Source of the DNA: a virus
Lineage: Duplodnaviria > Heunggongvirae > Uroviricota > Caudoviricetes
Strand: one strand, 5' to 3'
DNA length: 9,775 bases
IMG/VR virus record: IMGVR_UViG_2609459822_000006
The translations under genes and the position numbers were made by a program. Position 1 is the first letter of the stretch. Every line of letters begins with the position of its first letter. Positions 8,834 through 9,775 of the stretch are shown here, in pieces. Under the pieces are notes generated by a model that saw nothing but the letters and a program-made list of their open reading frames with translations, was not told the DNA's origin and ran no database searches.

Positions 8834-9407
8834 CAGTGCGCTGCAGTGACTCGCTGGTCTGGTTAAACGTCAGCCCTGCGGCCTGTCCGGCTCTGGAGAG
8901 CGTCAGCATGCGATCGGCAGTCAGTCCGGACTGATTACCGGAAAGAACCAGGGTTTTATTAAACGCTGAAAGCGTGGAATCTCCCTGGTACCAGGCGTAC
9001 ACCAGCGCACCGGTCGCCACCGCCAGCGAGGTGGCCCCCACCATCGGCAGGGTGATCGCACCGGCAAGCCCCCTGAACATGGGGATCATCCCGCCGAAGG
9101 AGTCCTTCACCTGACCGCCCTGTTGCAGCAGGATCAGCCAGGGATTCTGACCACCTGCAAGCTGCGTGGCCACGTCGGTGAACTGTGCAGGCAGCATACG
9201 CATGGCAGCTTTATACTGCCCGACGGAAATCCCCGCTTTCTGTGCAGCCAGCGCCTGTCGGCTCAGCGACTGTTCAACGACTGCCGCTGTTTTTTTCGCA
9301 TCACTTTCCGTACCGGAAAAATGACGCCTGACTCTGGCCATCTGCTCGTCAAATCTGGCCGCATCCAGACTTAAATCAACGACCAGATCGCCTACCGGTT
9401 CAGCCAT
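8808..9407 (-). CDS. H: tail tape measure protein H, N-terminal fragment (gene interrupted by a frameshift)
   Basis: MAEPVGDLVVDLSLDAARFDEQMARVRRHFSGTESDAKK… matches the lambda gpH N-terminus from memory. AGGAGG Shine-Dalgarno lies 7 nt upstream of the ATG. The frame ends …QTSESLQRTGECRCAWW*, leaving H homology right after QTSESL. The H locus 6845..9407 is 2563 nt, one more than a multiple of 3. Confidence 0.9.
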   Translation of the reverse strand: MAEPVGDLVVDLSLDAARFDEQMARVRRHFSGTESDAKKTAAVVEQSLSRQALAAQKAGISVGQYKAAMRMLPAQFTDVATQLAGGQNPWLILLQQGGQVKDSFGGMIPMFRGLAGAITLPMVGATSLAVATGALVYAWYQGDSTLSAFNKTLVLSGNQSGLTADRMLTLSRAGQAAGLTFNQTSESLQRTGECRCAWW

Positions 9408-9775
9408 ACCGGACTCCTCCTGCGATCCCTTCTGATACTGTCATCAGCATTACGTCATCCTCCGTCATGTCCGCCACATACGGGGAAGCGGGGATAACTT
9501 CATTCCCGTCCGGGCCAAAACGAACGCCTCCGGCAAGCCCTGCCGCTTTCTGCATCAGCACATCATCTTCAGGCTCTTCGTCAGCCTCGCGCCGGTTCAG
9601 CAGACTGAAATCCAGCGGATGCATATCCGGATCGCTGAAAAACAGGCTGAGCACGGTGTACGTCAGCCCGGAAAAATGCATATCCAGCAGAACATCATGA
9701 AAATAATGGGTACTGTAAAAGCGGTGCCAGTCGGCATACTCCGTGGATGACATCCCGGCAAGCATGGCGCGCCAG
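9400..9775 (-). CDS. T: T portion of the G-T tail assembly chaperone (partial; frame open to the window edge)
   Basis: ORF immediately upstream of H whose stop overlaps the H start (ATGGCTGA), in the position of lambda T. The frame is open to 9775. In lambda, T is made only as a G-T fusion by a -1 programmed frameshift whose slip site would lie beyond this window, so the ATG at 9765 is probably not a real start. Identity is by position and general similarity; I do not recall the gpT sequence well. Confidence 0.75.
   Translation of the reverse strand, partial: WRAMLAGMSSTEYADWHRFYSTHYFHDVLLDMHFSGLTYTVLSLFFSDPDMHPLDFSLLNRREADEEPEDDVLMQKAAGLAGGVRFGPDGNEVIPASPYVADMTEDDVMLMTVSEGIAGGVRYG

Noticed and set aside
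8808-8870. The H break as a programmed ribosomal frameshift, or GTG 8833 as the start of an independent protein
   Set aside because: There is no slippery heptamer (X XXY YYZ) at the junction. The lambda H gene is a single frame, and the locus is exactly one nucleotide longer than lambda H, so a simple indel explains it. The GTG start is an ORF-caller artefact.
9763-9765. The ATG at 9765 as the true start of T
   Set aside because: The frame is open to the window edge, and in lambda-like phages T is translated only as a G-T fusion via a -1 frameshift from G. The real 5' end is outside the window.
1-9775. A novel defence or accessory system (toxin-antitoxin, restriction, CRISPR, retron, anti-phage island) hidden in the window
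   Set aside because: Every substantial ORF is accounted for by canonical lambdoid tail genes in canonical order. Intergenic space is minimal (under 70 nt) and contains only Shine-Dalgarno sequences and hairpins. No repeat arrays or unexplained ORFs remain, and lom is the only cargo gene and is already well known.

Overview
The whole window is one lambda-like (lambdoid) prophage tail-morphogenesis module, with every credible gene on the minus strand. Reading high to low coordinate the order is T (G-T tail chaperone, partial) – H (tape measure) – M – L – K – I – J (tail tip / host specificity) – lom (Ail/Lom outer-membrane protein) – stf (side tail fibre, partial), the same synteny as the phage lambda left arm. 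Identifications rest on my recall of lambda protein sequences from the supplied translations, not on any search. I see no undescribed biological system here: it is an ordinary, well-known phage tail gene block. The points worth a second look are two single-nucleotide frameshifts that split the two largest genes (H and J), a divergent J C-terminal receptor-binding region, and lom as a terminator-flanked cargo gene. No tRNA, rRNA, CRISPR array, IS element or defence-type genes were seen.
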